Positions 1 to 10,061 are shown, counted from the first letter of the stretch. The stretch is 64,000 nucleotides of DNA from a bacterium (GCA_963642995.1 CAVIIZ010000001.1:4017-68016); one strand, 5' to 3'. A program made the numbers and translations. The notes: generated by a model not told the origin, from the letters alone.

Positions 1-1737
1 CCCGCCGTCTTCACGGGCAGATTCGCGACCTGCCTCCGAAACGCCGCTTGCCCGCACACCCGGTTTGACGGCATCCCGCGCGCTGTCTCGCCCACCATCT
101 CGTTCAGCGCTTTGCCCGGCCCCGTCGCCGCCTTGCGCCATGCCCCCTCTTGCGCCGCCCGCGCCTGCGCTGCGGCGACCCGGGCCATGCAAGGCCTGCG
201 TTGCTTGTCCGGGATTTGGAGGAGAGGCGACGCCGAGACTGCCCCCCGCATGCCTCTCGACCATCGGACGCATCGTGCAATCGCGCGCCGAACCGCAATG
301 CTCGCACGGGTCGACGTTTTCAAACTCCAGCGCGCCGTGCAAGGCGTCCCCCCTGCCCGCCGCAGCCAAAAGCCTGACATAGCCCTCCTGCGTCGATGCA
401 GTCGCGACGACCGTGAAGACGAGGAGCACGAGAGTCGTGCAGCAGGTGATGGCCAGCACGTCCGCGCTCGATGCGGCCCCCACGAACATTTCGGCCGCGA
501 ATCCCGCGCCGACGCCGAGCGCCATGAAGGCGTAGACGACGAGGCGGCCCGCCATGATGAGGTGGCTGTAGCGGCTATCGTATATGCGCACGGTCGCGAG
601 GCACACCATCATGTTGCCGAAATCAAAGAGGTTGAATCCCGCGAACACCGCGATATCGGCGATGCAAAGACAGACGACGCGCGCCTGCGAGCCTGCCTGC
701 GCCCCGGCGACTTCCATGATGATGAGCAAGATGACGCCGAGGGCGAAGAAGACCAGCGAGAAGCGATACATCGCGTCCGCATCTGCATGCGTGCAGAAAC
801 GCTCGGAAGTGAAAAAGATGATGGCGCCCGCCACGACGGCGCCGGTGAAGAGAAGCGGGTTGAAGGCTACGAGCAAGGCGGTGCCGTCTGCGAGAAAGCT
901 GCCCTGCAGGATGCCGAACGCCAGGGCAAAGAGCGCGGCGGGCGCACAGCGGCGGACAAGATAGCCCCCCGGCGTTTTGCTGCCTCTCGCCTTCGCGGCA
1001 AGCGCCTCTCCTTGCGGCTGCGCATCCCCGGCGCCCTGCGCTTGCGCATCCCCGGCGCCCCCGTCTCGCGCGGTGCCGGAGGCGCCATCGGCTCCCGGAT
1101 TGTCTTGACGCAGATTGGACACGCGCCTGAGCGTGAGAAACGATATGGAGCTGAGCAGGGGCAAGAGGGAGGCGACGACGACGTCGGCCGGCGAGAGGAG
1201 GCTTTTCACGAGCATGGCGACGAGCGCCCCCACAACGACGTCGGCGCCCAAGGTGCGGTAGCTCTGCCGTTTCGCCAAGACACTGAGCATGAGCAGCCAC
1301 GCGGCCATGAGGAAGGCCTCGCAGGCGCCCAAGACGAGCGTCGAGACGAGACAGGCGGCGCCCCAACCCAAGACCGGAGCCGACGCGAACGTGGAAACCG
1401 CTCCGACGACGCAGGCCGCCACGATCGAGGGCGGCGAGGTGAGGGCGGCCTTGACCTTGCCGCCGCGGCGCACGGCGAAAAAGAGGACGGCGAAGGTGCA
1501 GGCAAGCGCCAGGTACATGGTGAATTGCCGGGCGAGGAGCACTTGGGCAAAGCCGGCGCCCCAATCCAAGTCGAACAGGGGCGCGAAAAGCACGCAATAG
1601 TGCCAACCCAGCAGGGCTCGGAACCCAAGGCGCCTCGCATCGAAGCTGCCCGGCTGCCTTTGCGTGCCGTCTTCGTCTTTCGACGAGCTCTCCTGCGCGC
1701 CTTCGCTTCTAGTTTCCTCTGAAGAAGTGCTTCTCAC
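1..1737 (-). CDS. polytopic membrane protein, partial (3' end runs off the left edge); possibly the membrane domain of a larger regulator
   Basis: This frame is open from GTG 1737 to position 1, so it is missing from the start-to-stop ORF track. My translation gives about 12 hydrophobic helices, e.g. FTMYLALACTFAVLFFAV, LVSTLVLGACEAFLMAAWLLMLSVL, MYRFSLVFFALGVILLIIMEV, LVVYAFMALGVGAGFAAEMF. The + strand track ORF 112..1722 is Arg/Asp/His-rich antisense noise. Confidence 0.5.
   Translation of the reverse strand, partial: MRSTSSEETRSEGAQESSSKDEDGTQRQPGSFDARRLGFRALLGWHYCVLFAPLFDLDWGAGFAQVLLARQFTMYLALACTFAVLFFAVRRGGKVKAALTSPPSIVAACVVGAVSTFASAPVLGWGAACLVSTLVLGACEAFLMAAWLLMLSVLAKRQSYRTLGADVVVGALVAMLVKSLLSPADVVVASLLPLLSSISFLTLRRVSNLRQDNPGADGASGTARDGGAGDAQAQGAGDAQPQGEALAAKARGSKTPGGYLVRRCAPAALFALAFGILQGSFLADGTALLVAFNPLLFTGAVVAGAIIFFTSERFCTHADADAMYRFSLVFFALGVILLIIMEVAGAQAGSQARVVCLCIADIAVFAGFNLFDFGNMMVCLATVRIYDSRYSHLIMAGRLVVYAFMALGVGAGFAAEMFVGAASSADVLAITCCTTLVLLVFTVVATASTQEGYVRLLAAAGRGDALHGALEFENVDPCEHCGSARDCTMRPMVERHAGGSLGVASPPNPGQATQALHGPGRRSAGAGGARGGMAQGGDGAGQSAERDGGRDSARDAVKPGVRASGVSEAGRESAREDGG
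1019..1066. repeat. 24-nt tandem duplication inside the membrane-protein CDS
   Basis: TGCGCATCCCCGGCGCCC occurs at 1019-1036 and again at 1043-1060. The period is 24 nt, which is 8 codons (GAGDAQ(A/P)Q on the - strand). Confidence 0.8.
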
Positions 1738-2001
1738 CAAAAATCACGCCCCTCAACGTGCTTTTTCAACCGCGCAATTCTAGCAAAAGGAAGTGATTCA
1801 TACCCCGAGGATGAAAACACGACATCCATCGACGAAGCTGCAGGGCGAATTCATACTCTCGTACTCCAGGCGACTTGCGAAACGAACGGAAAACATCCAC
1901 CTTCACCCCGGACGAAGCGCTATTCTTGAACATGTCACGCGCCCGGTACGAGAAGACGGGGCTGCGGCATGAACGCATATGATGAAAAGGAGCGCAACGG
2001 C

Positions 2002-3336
2002 ATGAAACAGGTACTCATCCTCGGCGGAGGGCTGGGCGGCTACTACACGGCGAAGGGGCTGGAGTCTTCCCTTCGCGACGACGAGGCGCAGATCACCCTC
2101 GTGGACATGCACTCCTATCTCGTATACCAGCCGTTTCTGGCCGAGGTGGCGGGCGGCGCCATCGAGCCCAGGCATATCCAGGTGCCCTTGCAGCGAAACC
2201 TCCCCGAGACGCGCATCGTGCGCGCGAAGGTGACGGGCGTGCGCAACGCCGACAAAGAGGTGGACGTGTGCGACACGGAAAGCGGCGAGAGGTGGGCGCT
2301 GCCCTACGACGAGCTGGTCGTCGCGCTCGGCGGTGTGACGCGCACCTTCCCCACCCCGGGCATCGCCGAAAACGCCATCGGTCTGAAATCGAGCCAGGAG
2401 GCGCTCCACATACGCGACACGGTGGTGAAAAACCTCCAACGCGCCGCCGGCCTGCCGAAGGGGTCGCGTTGGCGCGACAAGCTCCTCAGCTTCGTCGTGG
2501 TGGGCGGCGGTCTGTCCGGCGTCGAGTGCTTCGCGGAGGTCTTGTGCCTGGCGCGCGACCTCGTCTTCAAAACGCCCGGGCTTTCGCTCGGCGAGCTGAA
2601 CTTTTGCCTCGTGGAGGTGATGGACAAGATCATGCCCGAGGTGCCGCGCGAGAAATCGCAATGGGTCATCGACCTGCTCGAGCGCAAGGGCGGCCATGTC
2701 ATGCTCGAGACCAGCGTGCAAAGCGCAGAGGGCAACATCTTGAAGCTCTCGGACGGCTCGACCATCGACTGCGGGCTGCTCGTGTGGACCGCCGGCCAGA
2801 TAGCCGCACCCGTGTTGAAGGACACCGACCTGCCGCTCGACGCGCGCGGGCGGCTGAACTGCGATGCCTGCCTGCATGTCGTGGACGAAGACGGGGCGCC
2901 GGTTGCGGGCGTGTGGGGCGTGGGCGACTGCACGAAAGTCGACGACCTCTCCGGAGGCGGCCTGCCCGACGGCTCATGCGCGCCGACGGCCCAGCATGCC
3001 GTGCGCCAAGCCCGCGTGCTGGCGAAAAACATCGTGCGCACCCTGCGCGGCGAGCCTGCCGAGCAGTACTACCACGAAAACGCCGGCATGGTGGCGGGCC
3101 TGGGGCGCTTCAACGGGCTGTTCGCAAACGGCGACAAGAGCATCGTCATCTGCGGCCTGCCCGCGTGGCTCGCGCACCGCGGCTACCACGGGCTCGTGCT
3201 GCCCAGCTGGGAGCGCAAGCTGCGTGTCTTCGGCGACTGGACCGGCGAGCTGGTCTTGGGCCGCGACACGACGAGCGTCGACGAGGCAGACGACCCGCGC
3301 GCGCTGTTCGTCGAGCACGCCGTCGCCTGCGCATAG
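2002..3336 (+). CDS. ndh: type II NADH dehydrogenase / FAD-dependent pyridine nucleotide-disulfide oxidoreductase
   Basis: Lies in track ORF 1969..3336. AAGGAG at 1987-1992 favours ATG 2002. MKQVLILGGGLGGYY is a Rossmann GxGxxG motif, and VVVGGGLSGVE is a second dinucleotide fold. Length is typical of NDH-2. Confidence 0.8.
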   Translation: MKQVLILGGGLGGYYTAKGLESSLRDDEAQITLVDMHSYLVYQPFLAEVAGGAIEPRHIQVPLQRNLPETRIVRAKVTGVRNADKEVDVCDTESGERWALPYDELVVALGGVTRTFPTPGIAENAIGLKSSQEALHIRDTVVKNLQRAAGLPKGSRWRDKLLSFVVVGGGLSGVECFAEVLCLARDLVFKTPGLSLGELNFCLVEVMDKIMPEVPREKSQWVIDLLERKGGHVMLETSVQSAEGNILKLSDGSTIDCGLLVWTAGQIAAPVLKDTDLPLDARGRLNCDACLHVVDEDGAPVAGVWGVGDCTKVDDLSGGGLPDGSCAPTAQHAVRQARVLAKNIVRTLRGEPAEQYYHENAGMVAGLGRFNGLFANGDKSIVICGLPAWLAHRGYHGLVLPSWERKLRVFGDWTGELVLGRDTTSVDEADDPRALFVEHAVACA

Positions 3337-3412
3337 AAGCCGAAAACGCACCAGGTGCCTGGCGAACACGATACGGCGCCAGAACAAACTCGGGTTAATA
3401 AAAGAAGCGCGG

Positions 3413-3994
3413 CTAGTCGAGCAGGCGCGAGAGATTGGGGTAGAAGCTGGCTTGATAAGATGCCGGCCCTTGGCGGTAGACGTCTGTGCCTTGCGCATCG
3501 ACGCCGAGGACGAGCGGCAAGGCCTCGACCTCCAGGCGGCGCACGGCCTCGCAGCCCAGATCCTCGTAGGCGATGGTCTCGGCGCTTTTCACGCAACGTG
3601 CAAACAAGGCGGCGACACCCCCTATGGCAGCCAGGTACACCGCACGGTTGCGCTTGATCGCCTCGACCACCTCCACGCCGCGCGTGCCTTTGCCGATCGT
3701 GGCGCGGACGCCTGCGTCGTAGAGCGCGGGGGCGAAGGAATCCATGCGGTAGGCGGAAGTGGGGCCACATGGCCCTATGACCTGCCCCGGCTTCGCGGGA
3801 GCAGGGCCTGCGTAGTAGAGGACGCTGCCCTCCAGCTCAAACGGCAGCTTCTCGCCCGCCTCGAGCGCGCGGACGAGGCGCGCATGCGCGGCGTCGCGGG
3901 CGGTGTAGACCGTGCCCGTGAACGAGACGGCATCCCCCGCGTGCAGGTAGAACACTTCCCGCTCGTCGAGCTTGTCCGAAATCTGCTTCACCAT
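3413..3994 (-). CDS. class I (Fe-S) fumarate hydratase / tartrate dehydratase, beta subunit
   Basis: Only the last 193 aa of track ORF 3413..4387 look real, starting MVKQISDKLD. Motifs are GPCGPTSAYRMD and IGKGTRG. The upstream 131 aa of that ORF are Arg-rich overlap with the alpha gene. Confidence 0.8.
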   Translation of the reverse strand: MVKQISDKLDEREVFYLHAGDAVSFTGTVYTARDAAHARLVRALEAGEKLPFELEGSVLYYAGPAPAKPGQVIGPCGPTSAYRMDSFAPALYDAGVRATIGKGTRGVEVVEAIKRNRAVYLAAIGGVAALFARCVKSAETIAYEDLGCEAVRRLEVEALPLVLGVDAQGTDVYRQGPASYQASFYPNLSRLLD

Positions 3995-3996
3995 GC

Positions 3997-4851
3997 TCAC
4001 AAGACCACCTCGGCATGTCGTGCCACGTGACAGTTCAGGCACACGGCCACGGGCAGCATCGCTATGTGCGTGGGCGCGACCTCCACGGCCACGGAAAGCG
4101 CCGTCGTCAAGCCGCCGAAGCCCGCAGGCCCTGTCCGCTGCTCGTTTATCCGCGAGAGCAGGCGCGCCTCCATATCCGCGTAGAACCCGTCGGCGTTCGG
4201 CTGCCCCGTCCGGCGCAGAAGCGCCCGTTTGGCAAGCAGCGCCACCACATCGAAGGTGCCGCCGACGCCGACACCGACCACGAGGGGCGGGCAGGGGTTG
4301 GAGCCGGCTTCCTTTACCGCATCGAGCACGAAACGCTCGACGCCTGCCGCGCCGTCTGCCGGTTTGAGCATCCCCGCGCGGCTCCACATCTCCGAACCGC
4401 CCCCCTTGGGCGCGACGGCGATTTTCAGCGCATCGCCTTCCACGAGGTCCACATGCAGGAAAGCCGGCGTGTTGTCGCCGGTGTTTTCACGGCGCAAAGG
4501 ATCGGCCACGATGGATTTGCGCAGGTAGCCATCTGTATATCCGCGTGCCACCCCCGCATCGACGGCCTCTTGGAGCAGCCCGCCGACGATATGGACGTCT
4601 TGCCCCAGCTCGACGAAGACGCACGCCGCGCCGGTGTCCTGGCACATCGGGATCTGCTCTTCTTCGGCTATGCGGACGTTTTCGCCCATCGTGTCGAGCA
4701 CCTCGCGCGCGGGCTTCCACGTCTCGCGCGAGCAGGCGTCGGCCAGCGCGTCGCGCACATCGCCCGGCAAGACGCAATTCGCCTGCACGCACAGCCGCGC
4801 CACGGCCTCCTCGACGTCGCGGGCATGTATCTCTCGTGGGGAAGAGGGCAT
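3997..4851 (-). CDS. class I (Fe-S) fumarate hydratase / tartrate dehydratase, alpha subunit
   Basis: This is the C-terminal 284 aa of track ORF 3997..5928, starting MPSSPREIHARD. Motifs are IPMCQDTGAACVFVELG and APKGGGSEM. Its stop lies 2 nt before the beta-subunit ATG. Confidence 0.8.
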   Translation of the reverse strand: MPSSPREIHARDVEEAVARLCVQANCVLPGDVRDALADACSRETWKPAREVLDTMGENVRIAEEEQIPMCQDTGAACVFVELGQDVHIVGGLLQEAVDAGVARGYTDGYLRKSIVADPLRRENTGDNTPAFLHVDLVEGDALKIAVAPKGGGSEMWSRAGMLKPADGAAGVERFVLDAVKEAGSNPCPPLVVGVGVGGTFDVVALLAKRALLRRTGQPNADGFYADMEARLLSRINEQRTGPAGFGGLTTALSVAVEVAPTHIAMLPVAVCLNCHVARHAEVVL

Positions 4852-4862
4852 GGTGAAGGCTC

Positions 4863-6056
4863 CTATCGCCAGTCTTTCGGCAGCTCGGCGCGGGCCGTGC
4901 CGCATGCAACGGCCGCACGCGCGACAGATGCCGCGACGGCGGCGGCCACGCGCGCGTCGAGTGCGGAGGGGATGATGTGGTCGGCGGCGAGCTCGTCTTC
5001 GCCCACCAGGGAGGCGATGGCGTCTACGGCGGCGAGCTTCATCTCCTCGGTGACGTCGCGTGCCCGCACGGCAAGCGCCCCCTTGAACAGGCCGGGGAAA
5101 CACAGCAGGTTGTTGATCTGGTTGGGGTTGTCGCTGCGGCCCGTGCCCATGACGGCCGCGCCGGCCGCCACGCCCTCGTCGTAGGAGATCTCCGGCTCGG
5201 GGTTTGCCATGGCGAGCACCACGGGCGCGTCTGCCATGGAGGCGATTCCCCCGGCGTCGAGCGCACCGGCAACAGACACGCCGATGAAGACGTCTGCGCC
5301 GCGCAGGGCGCACGCGAGAGGGCCCTGCAGGCCGCGTGGGTTCGTGAGCGCGGCAAGTTCCACCTTGTGCGGGGCGTTCATCTCGCGCCCCTCGTGGAGT
5401 ATGCCCCGGCTGTCGCAGGCCACCACGTCGCGCGCGCCCGCCGAAAGCAGCATCTTCACGATGGCGCACCCCGCGGCGCCCGGGCCGTTCACCACGATGC
5501 GCGCCCCGTCCAGTCGCTTGCCGACCACCTTCAGCGCGTTTTTCAGCGCCGCCGTGACGACGATGGCCGTGCCGTGCTGGTCGTCGTGGAAAACGGGGAT
5601 GTCGAGCTCCTCTTCGAGCCTGCGCTCGATCTCGAAGCAGTCGGGCGACTTGATGTCCTCGAGGTTGACGCCCCCGAAGCTCGGGGCGAGCGCCTTCACG
5701 CAGGCCACCACCTCGTCGGGGGTGCGCGCGTCGATGCACAGCGGCCACGCGTCCACCCCGCCGAAGCGCTTGAACAAGACGGCCTTCCCCTCCATGACGG
5801 GCATGGCCGCCTGCGCCCCGATGTCGCCGAGCCCGAGCACCGCCGTGCCGTTGGAGACGACGGCGACGGTGCTGGCTTTCGCCGTGTAGCGCCATGCCGA
5901 GGCGGCGTCGCGCGCGATCGCACGGCACGGTTCGGCCACGCCCGGCGTGTAGGCGATGGAGAGGTCGTCCGCAGTGTCGAGGGGCATCTTGGGCGCGAGC
6001 GCGACCTTGCCCGCGCAGCTCTCGTGGCGCTCGAGCGCCTGTGCGTAGAAATCCAT
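4863..6056 (-). CDS. NAD(P)-dependent malic enzyme (short form)
   Basis: This is the C-terminal 397 aa of track ORF 4863..7232, starting MDFYAQALERH. Signature blocks are IAYTPGVAEPC, VSNGTAVLGLGDIGAQAAMPVMEGKAVLFK and FHDDQHGTAIV. Confidence 0.85.
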   Translation of the reverse strand: MDFYAQALERHESCAGKVALAPKMPLDTADDLSIAYTPGVAEPCRAIARDAASAWRYTAKASTVAVVSNGTAVLGLGDIGAQAAMPVMEGKAVLFKRFGGVDAWPLCIDARTPDEVVACVKALAPSFGGVNLEDIKSPDCFEIERRLEEELDIPVFHDDQHGTAIVVTAALKNALKVVGKRLDGARIVVNGPGAAGCAIVKMLLSAGARDVVACDSRGILHEGREMNAPHKVELAALTNPRGLQGPLACALRGADVFIGVSVAGALDAGGIASMADAPVVLAMANPEPEISYDEGVAAGAAVMGTGRSDNPNQINNLLCFPGLFKGALAVRARDVTEEMKLAAVDAIASLVGEDELAADHIIPSALDARVAAAVAASVARAAVACGTARAELPKDWR

Positions 6057-6094
6057 GGAAAGCCTCGTGCCCCCTCCCCTGCGAGTGCAGCCCG

Positions 6095-7033
6095 CTAGAG
6101 GCTGAAGTTCTCCTTGCCCTCGTAGACCTCGAAGGCCTCCTCGACGTCGTAATCGCCGAAGGTGATGGCGGAGATGGCTTTCGTCAGGCGCACGGCCTCG
6201 TCGAGGCCCTTCTGGTGGATGTTGCGGCCCGTGGCGTTGCCGCAGGCGCCGCCCACGTGGATCTGGTCGTAGAGGTCGGCCAAGAACTCCTTGGGGTCTT
6301 TGTTGGAACCGCCCGCGCACACGAGTCCGGTGCGCCCCGCGGCACGGCTCGCCACGCTCAACAGCTCGGCGCTCGACTTGCCGTCTGCGCCCGCCGGCGG
6401 GTTCACTTTCACGAAATCGGCGCCCAGGCACACGGCGGCGCCGGCGGCGCCGGCGATCAGGTCGGCGGCCTTCTCCTCTTTCACCGCAGAGCCGCGGGGA
6501 TAGATCCACAGCACCACGAGCAGGCCCTCGGCATGCGCCTCGGCTATGAGCTCGCCTGCCTCGGCGAGCATCTGGTACTCGAACTCGCTGCCCAGATACA
6601 CCGTGTAGCCCAGTCCGACGATGTTCACGCCGGCCTCGCGCATGGCAAGCACGGCCTCCAGGTCGGTGAGCTGCGCGGAGTACGGGTCTTGCTGGTCGGT
6701 CTTCACCAAGTTGGTCTTGGAGTTCATCTTCACGAGGTAGTTCACCTGCGGGTAGTCGGCCGCGTACTGCGCGATCAGGCCGCGCTGGCCGGCCATGACG
6801 CCGCAGATGCCCCGGTCGGCGATCTTGAACAGGTGCTCGGGGTCGCCGTCGTCGTCTGCGATGCCCTCGCCCACGAAGTCCTTGTTCAGGTGCTCCATCT
6901 TCTGGTCGCAGGCAAAGAGCATGAGACGGCCCGTGCCGCGGGTGGCTGCCATCATGTTGTCGATATAGGTCTCGCGGGCCTCCGGCATGACGTCTGCCGG
7001 GACGCGCACGTCTTCGCGGGTGATCGTGGGCAT
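6095..7033 (-). CDS. class I aldolase of the FbaB/DhnA (DeoC/LacD-like) family, probably fructose-bisphosphate aldolase
   Basis: 312-aa ORF. ADFVKVNPP contains the Schiff-base lysine context of this family. The overall TIM-barrel aldolase pattern is present (LFACDQKMEHL, GLGYTVYLGSE). Confidence 0.65.
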   Translation of the reverse strand: MPTITREDVRVPADVMPEARETYIDNMMAATRGTGRLMLFACDQKMEHLNKDFVGEGIADDDGDPEHLFKIADRGICGVMAGQRGLIAQYAADYPQVNYLVKMNSKTNLVKTDQQDPYSAQLTDLEAVLAMREAGVNIVGLGYTVYLGSEFEYQMLAEAGELIAEAHAEGLLVVLWIYPRGSAVKEEKAADLIAGAAGAAVCLGADFVKVNPPAGADGKSSAELLSVASRAAGRTGLVCAGGSNKDPKEFLADLYDQIHVGGACGNATGRNIHQKGLDEAVRLTKAISAITFGDYDVEEAFEVYEGKENFSL

Positions 7034-7161
7034 CGTGAACTTCCTTTCGCCGTTTCCTGTACGAAGCAGCGCAGCCTCTCGCCGAAGGCGCGCCGCAATG
7101 AAACCTACAGCGCTTCATTGTAGCGCGGCGCGCGGCAGACAGGGCCTGTGCGCGGGCGGCT

Positions 7162-8736
7162 TTACGAATTATCCACCCACCCGTTCGTGACGGGCCAGCT
7201 GCGCTGCAGGGAAAGCGAGCAGCCCTGGACATGGGGGGCGGGCGGCTCGGCTCGGCGCTTGAACTCGCTTGCCTGCACCTGCCGCAGCACCTGCTTCACC
7301 ACCGCCGCGTCGTGGCCGGCCTCGACGAGGGCCTTCGCGCCGAGCTCTCCTTCGATATGGTCGAACAAGACGGCGTCGAGGACGTCGTAGGGAGGCAGGC
7401 GGTCGTCGTCGCGCGCGCCCGGATACAGCTCCGCGGACGGCGCCTTGTCGATGGAGGCCTGCGGGATGGACGGGCTTTTGGCGGCTCTCCAGCGGGCGAG
7501 GGCGTACACCTCGCTTTTGTAGAGGTCGCCGATGGGGGCGAAGGCGCCCGCCGTGTCGCCGTAGAGCGTGGAAAATCCCACGGCCGCCTCGGATTTGTTG
7601 CCCGTGTTCAACACGAGCCAGCCATGCGCGTTGGCAAGCGTCATGAGGTGCACGCAGCGGATGCGCGCCTGGAGGTTTTCGGCCGCCAGACCCTCCACCG
7701 ACCCGCCGCATGCCGCGCCCAGCGCCTCGTGAAAGGCCGCGAGCGGCCCGTCGATGGGCACCTCCTCGATGTCGAGGCCGAGGTTTTCGGCAAGCGCGCG
7801 GGCGTCGGCCACGGAGCCGGGCGACGAGCACGGCCCGGGCATGGCCACCCCATGCACGTGCGCAGGCCCCAACGCGTCTGTTGCGAGCGTGGCGACGAGC
7901 GCCGAGTCGATGCCGCCCGACAGCCCCACGACCACGTCGGAAAAACCGTTTTTGCGCACGTAGTCGCGGGTGGCGACCTTCACCGCGCGCCACACGGTCT
8001 CCTCCGGCTCGACGCGCGCGTCCTCGAAGTCCTCGCACACCTGGGCGGCGCCTGCCCGCGTGTCGAAAGTGAAGACCTCGGCGGCGTCGACGGGGCTTGC
8101 GTGCACGAGGCGCCCATCGGGAGAGAGGACCGCGGAATTGCCGGAAAAGACATGGGAATCCGCCGCACCGCACAGGTTCGCGGCCACGACATGCGCCTTG
8201 CAGGACACGGCGACAGAGGACAGGTCTCCCAGCTGCCCTGTCGCCGCGCGCGCCGCGTACGGGCTCCCGAAGGCGTCGGCGCACATCTCCACGAGCACGT
8301 CCATGTCCGAAAGCTCCACGTCGCGCGCGAAATGCCGTCCGAGAAGCACCGCGACGTTCAAGCCGCCTGCCACGAGCGCCGGGCACGAGGCGTCGTCTTG
8401 CAAAGCGGGCACCCCCATGCTCGTCATGGCGCCGTCGCCGCAGGCGAACAGCTCGACGTCGCAGCGGCCGCGCCTGTCATCCAACTCGCTCACGCCCGCC
8501 GCAAGGCAGAGCACGGGGGTCTCTTGCGCGAAACGCCGCAGGTGCTCGCGCGCGTCTGCCACGAACGCCGACGACGAGACGAGGCCGTCTAGAGGCGCGC
8601 CGGTCAGCGATGCGTTGGGAAAGACGAGCAGATCCGCCTCCTGGCGCGCCGCCATCTGCGCGGCGAGCAGCATCGCGTCGAGGTTGGCGTCGAGGTCTCC
8701 CACGCAGGGATCGAGCTGTGCCACCGCTATCTTCAT
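7162..8736 (-). CDS. nadE: glutamine-dependent NAD+ synthetase (N-terminal CN-hydrolase domain plus NAD synthetase domain)
   Basis: 524 aa. MKIAVAQLDPCVGDL is the nitrilase-like start. GLSGGIDSALVATLA is the PP-loop (SGGxDS). Confidence 0.9.
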   Translation of the reverse strand: MKIAVAQLDPCVGDLDANLDAMLLAAQMAARQEADLLVFPNASLTGAPLDGLVSSSAFVADAREHLRRFAQETPVLCLAAGVSELDDRRGRCDVELFACGDGAMTSMGVPALQDDASCPALVAGGLNVAVLLGRHFARDVELSDMDVLVEMCADAFGSPYAARAATGQLGDLSSVAVSCKAHVVAANLCGAADSHVFSGNSAVLSPDGRLVHASPVDAAEVFTFDTRAGAAQVCEDFEDARVEPEETVWRAVKVATRDYVRKNGFSDVVVGLSGGIDSALVATLATDALGPAHVHGVAMPGPCSSPGSVADARALAENLGLDIEEVPIDGPLAAFHEALGAACGGSVEGLAAENLQARIRCVHLMTLANAHGWLVLNTGNKSEAAVGFSTLYGDTAGAFAPIGDLYKSEVYALARWRAAKSPSIPQASIDKAPSAELYPGARDDDRLPPYDVLDAVLFDHIEGELGAKALVEAGHDAAVVKQVLRQVQASEFKRRAEPPAPHVQGCSLSLQRSWPVTNGWVDNS

Positions 8737-8825
8737 GATGAAACACCCTCCTTGGACACGATGTGCTTGCCGCTTTCAAAAACACGCCGAGAAACGCGCC
8801 GCGGCCGAACTCCGATCGGCGCCGG

Positions 8826-10061
8826 TCAGCCGAGGACCTGCGCGAGCCAGGCGGCGTATTCGCCGGACCACATGCCCTGGAGCCGGGCGAAGACGGCCGG
8901 CCAGTCGAACTCGTGGCCGAAGAGCAGTTCCAGGTAGTTTTTCACCCGGATGTCGTCGCGGCCTGCCTGCACGAGCGCGAAGGCCTGCGTGTAGGTGCAG
9001 GTCGGGCACATGGTGACGAGCGTGTCGCCCGCATCGCACGCCGCCAACACGGCGTCCACCTGCGCGGATTGCTGCTCGGGCGAATACGCGCCGACCGCGC
9101 CGCCCGCACCGCAGCACCCGTCGCATATCGCGCCCGCGTCGTCTTCGCCGCAAAGCAGCGCGCGCGCGGCCTCGAGATAGGAGCCGTCGCGGTCTTGGCA
9201 GGCCCTGAAGAAGCGCACGCGGCCGGGCACGCGGACAGGCGCGGCGCCCTGGAGCAGGTCGGCGACCGTGCAGCATTCCACGTCGTCCATCCCGCGCCTC
9301 GAAAGCGCCCCGCGCACTATGTTGAGACAGCCCGGGCAGGTGAAGACGACCTTGCCCGCCCCGCTTGCCGCCACCTCGTCTGCGATGCGCTCTTCCAAAG
9401 CGGCCGCACGGGACAGAAAGCCGGCGCTCTTCAGCGGAGAACCGCAGCAGGCGTCGATGAGCGCGGTTTTGCCGCAGCATGCCTCGACTTCGGCGAAGAC
9501 GGCCCGCGTCAGCTCGGGGTTGTAGGCGGCAAGCGAGCACCCGGGAAAGAACGCGGCCTTGCAATCGCCCTCGGCGGCATGGCCGTCGAAGTCGAGGTGC
9601 CGCGTCAGGTCGGGATAGCCTATGCCGTAGACCGCGCGGTAGGCGGAAAACACGTGCCATTGCATGTCGACCTGCACGCTGCCCCAGGAGCTGCGCTCGA
9701 TGAGGCCGCAGTCCTGGAAGGCCTCGCGGCCGGCGTACATCAGCGCGCACACGTCGACGTGCGCCTCGCAGCGCCGCACGCAGCGGGTGCAGAAAAAGCA
9801 GCCGCGCACCGCCTGCACGAGGCCGTCGGCGCCGAGCATGCGCCCGGCCGCCGCGGCCGCGCCGAAAGCCTCACGGCCCCCTTCAACGTCCGCGCCAGCC
9901 GCCTCGCCGCCGCCCGCAAGCGCCGCACGCAGCGCTTCTGCAGCCTGCCCCAAGTTCATCTCGGCCAAGCTCAACGAGGGGCAGGCGGCGACGCACTTGC
10001 CGCACCCCACGCACGCGTCCGCCACCTCGCCGCATATGCGCAGCGTCTCCTCCACGCTCAT
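8826..10061 (-). CDS. iron-sulfur protein with two ferredoxin-type clusters and two CCG domains (HdrD/GlcF/LutA-like)
   Basis: The real gene is the last 411 aa of track ORF 8826..10958, starting MSVEETLRICGE. Motifs are CVGCGKCVAACP, CFFCTRCVRRCE, FFPGCSLAAY...CCGSPL, and CDGCCGAGG...MCPTCTY. Its ATG overlaps the upstream stop as ATGA at 10058-10061. Confidence 0.75.
   Translation of the reverse strand: MSVEETLRICGEVADACVGCGKCVAACPSLSLAEMNLGQAAEALRAALAGGGEAAGADVEGGREAFGAAAAAGRMLGADGLVQAVRGCFFCTRCVRRCEAHVDVCALMYAGREAFQDCGLIERSSWGSVQVDMQWHVFSAYRAVYGIGYPDLTRHLDFDGHAAEGDCKAAFFPGCSLAAYNPELTRAVFAEVEACCGKTALIDACCGSPLKSAGFLSRAAALEERIADEVAASGAGKVVFTCPGCLNIVRGALSRRGMDDVECCTVADLLQGAAPVRVPGRVRFFRACQDRDGSYLEAARALLCGEDDAGAICDGCCGAGGAVGAYSPEQQSAQVDAVLAACDAGDTLVTMCPTCTYTQAFALVQAGRDDIRVKNYLELLFGHEFDWPAVFARLQGMWSGEYAAWLAQVLG

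Noticed and set aside
112-1722. A 536-aa + strand ORF at the left end.
   Set aside because: Its composition is Arg/Asp/His/Glu-rich noise. The opposite strand encodes a coherent protein of about 12 TM helices with high third-position GC, which the track omits only because it has no stop inside the window.
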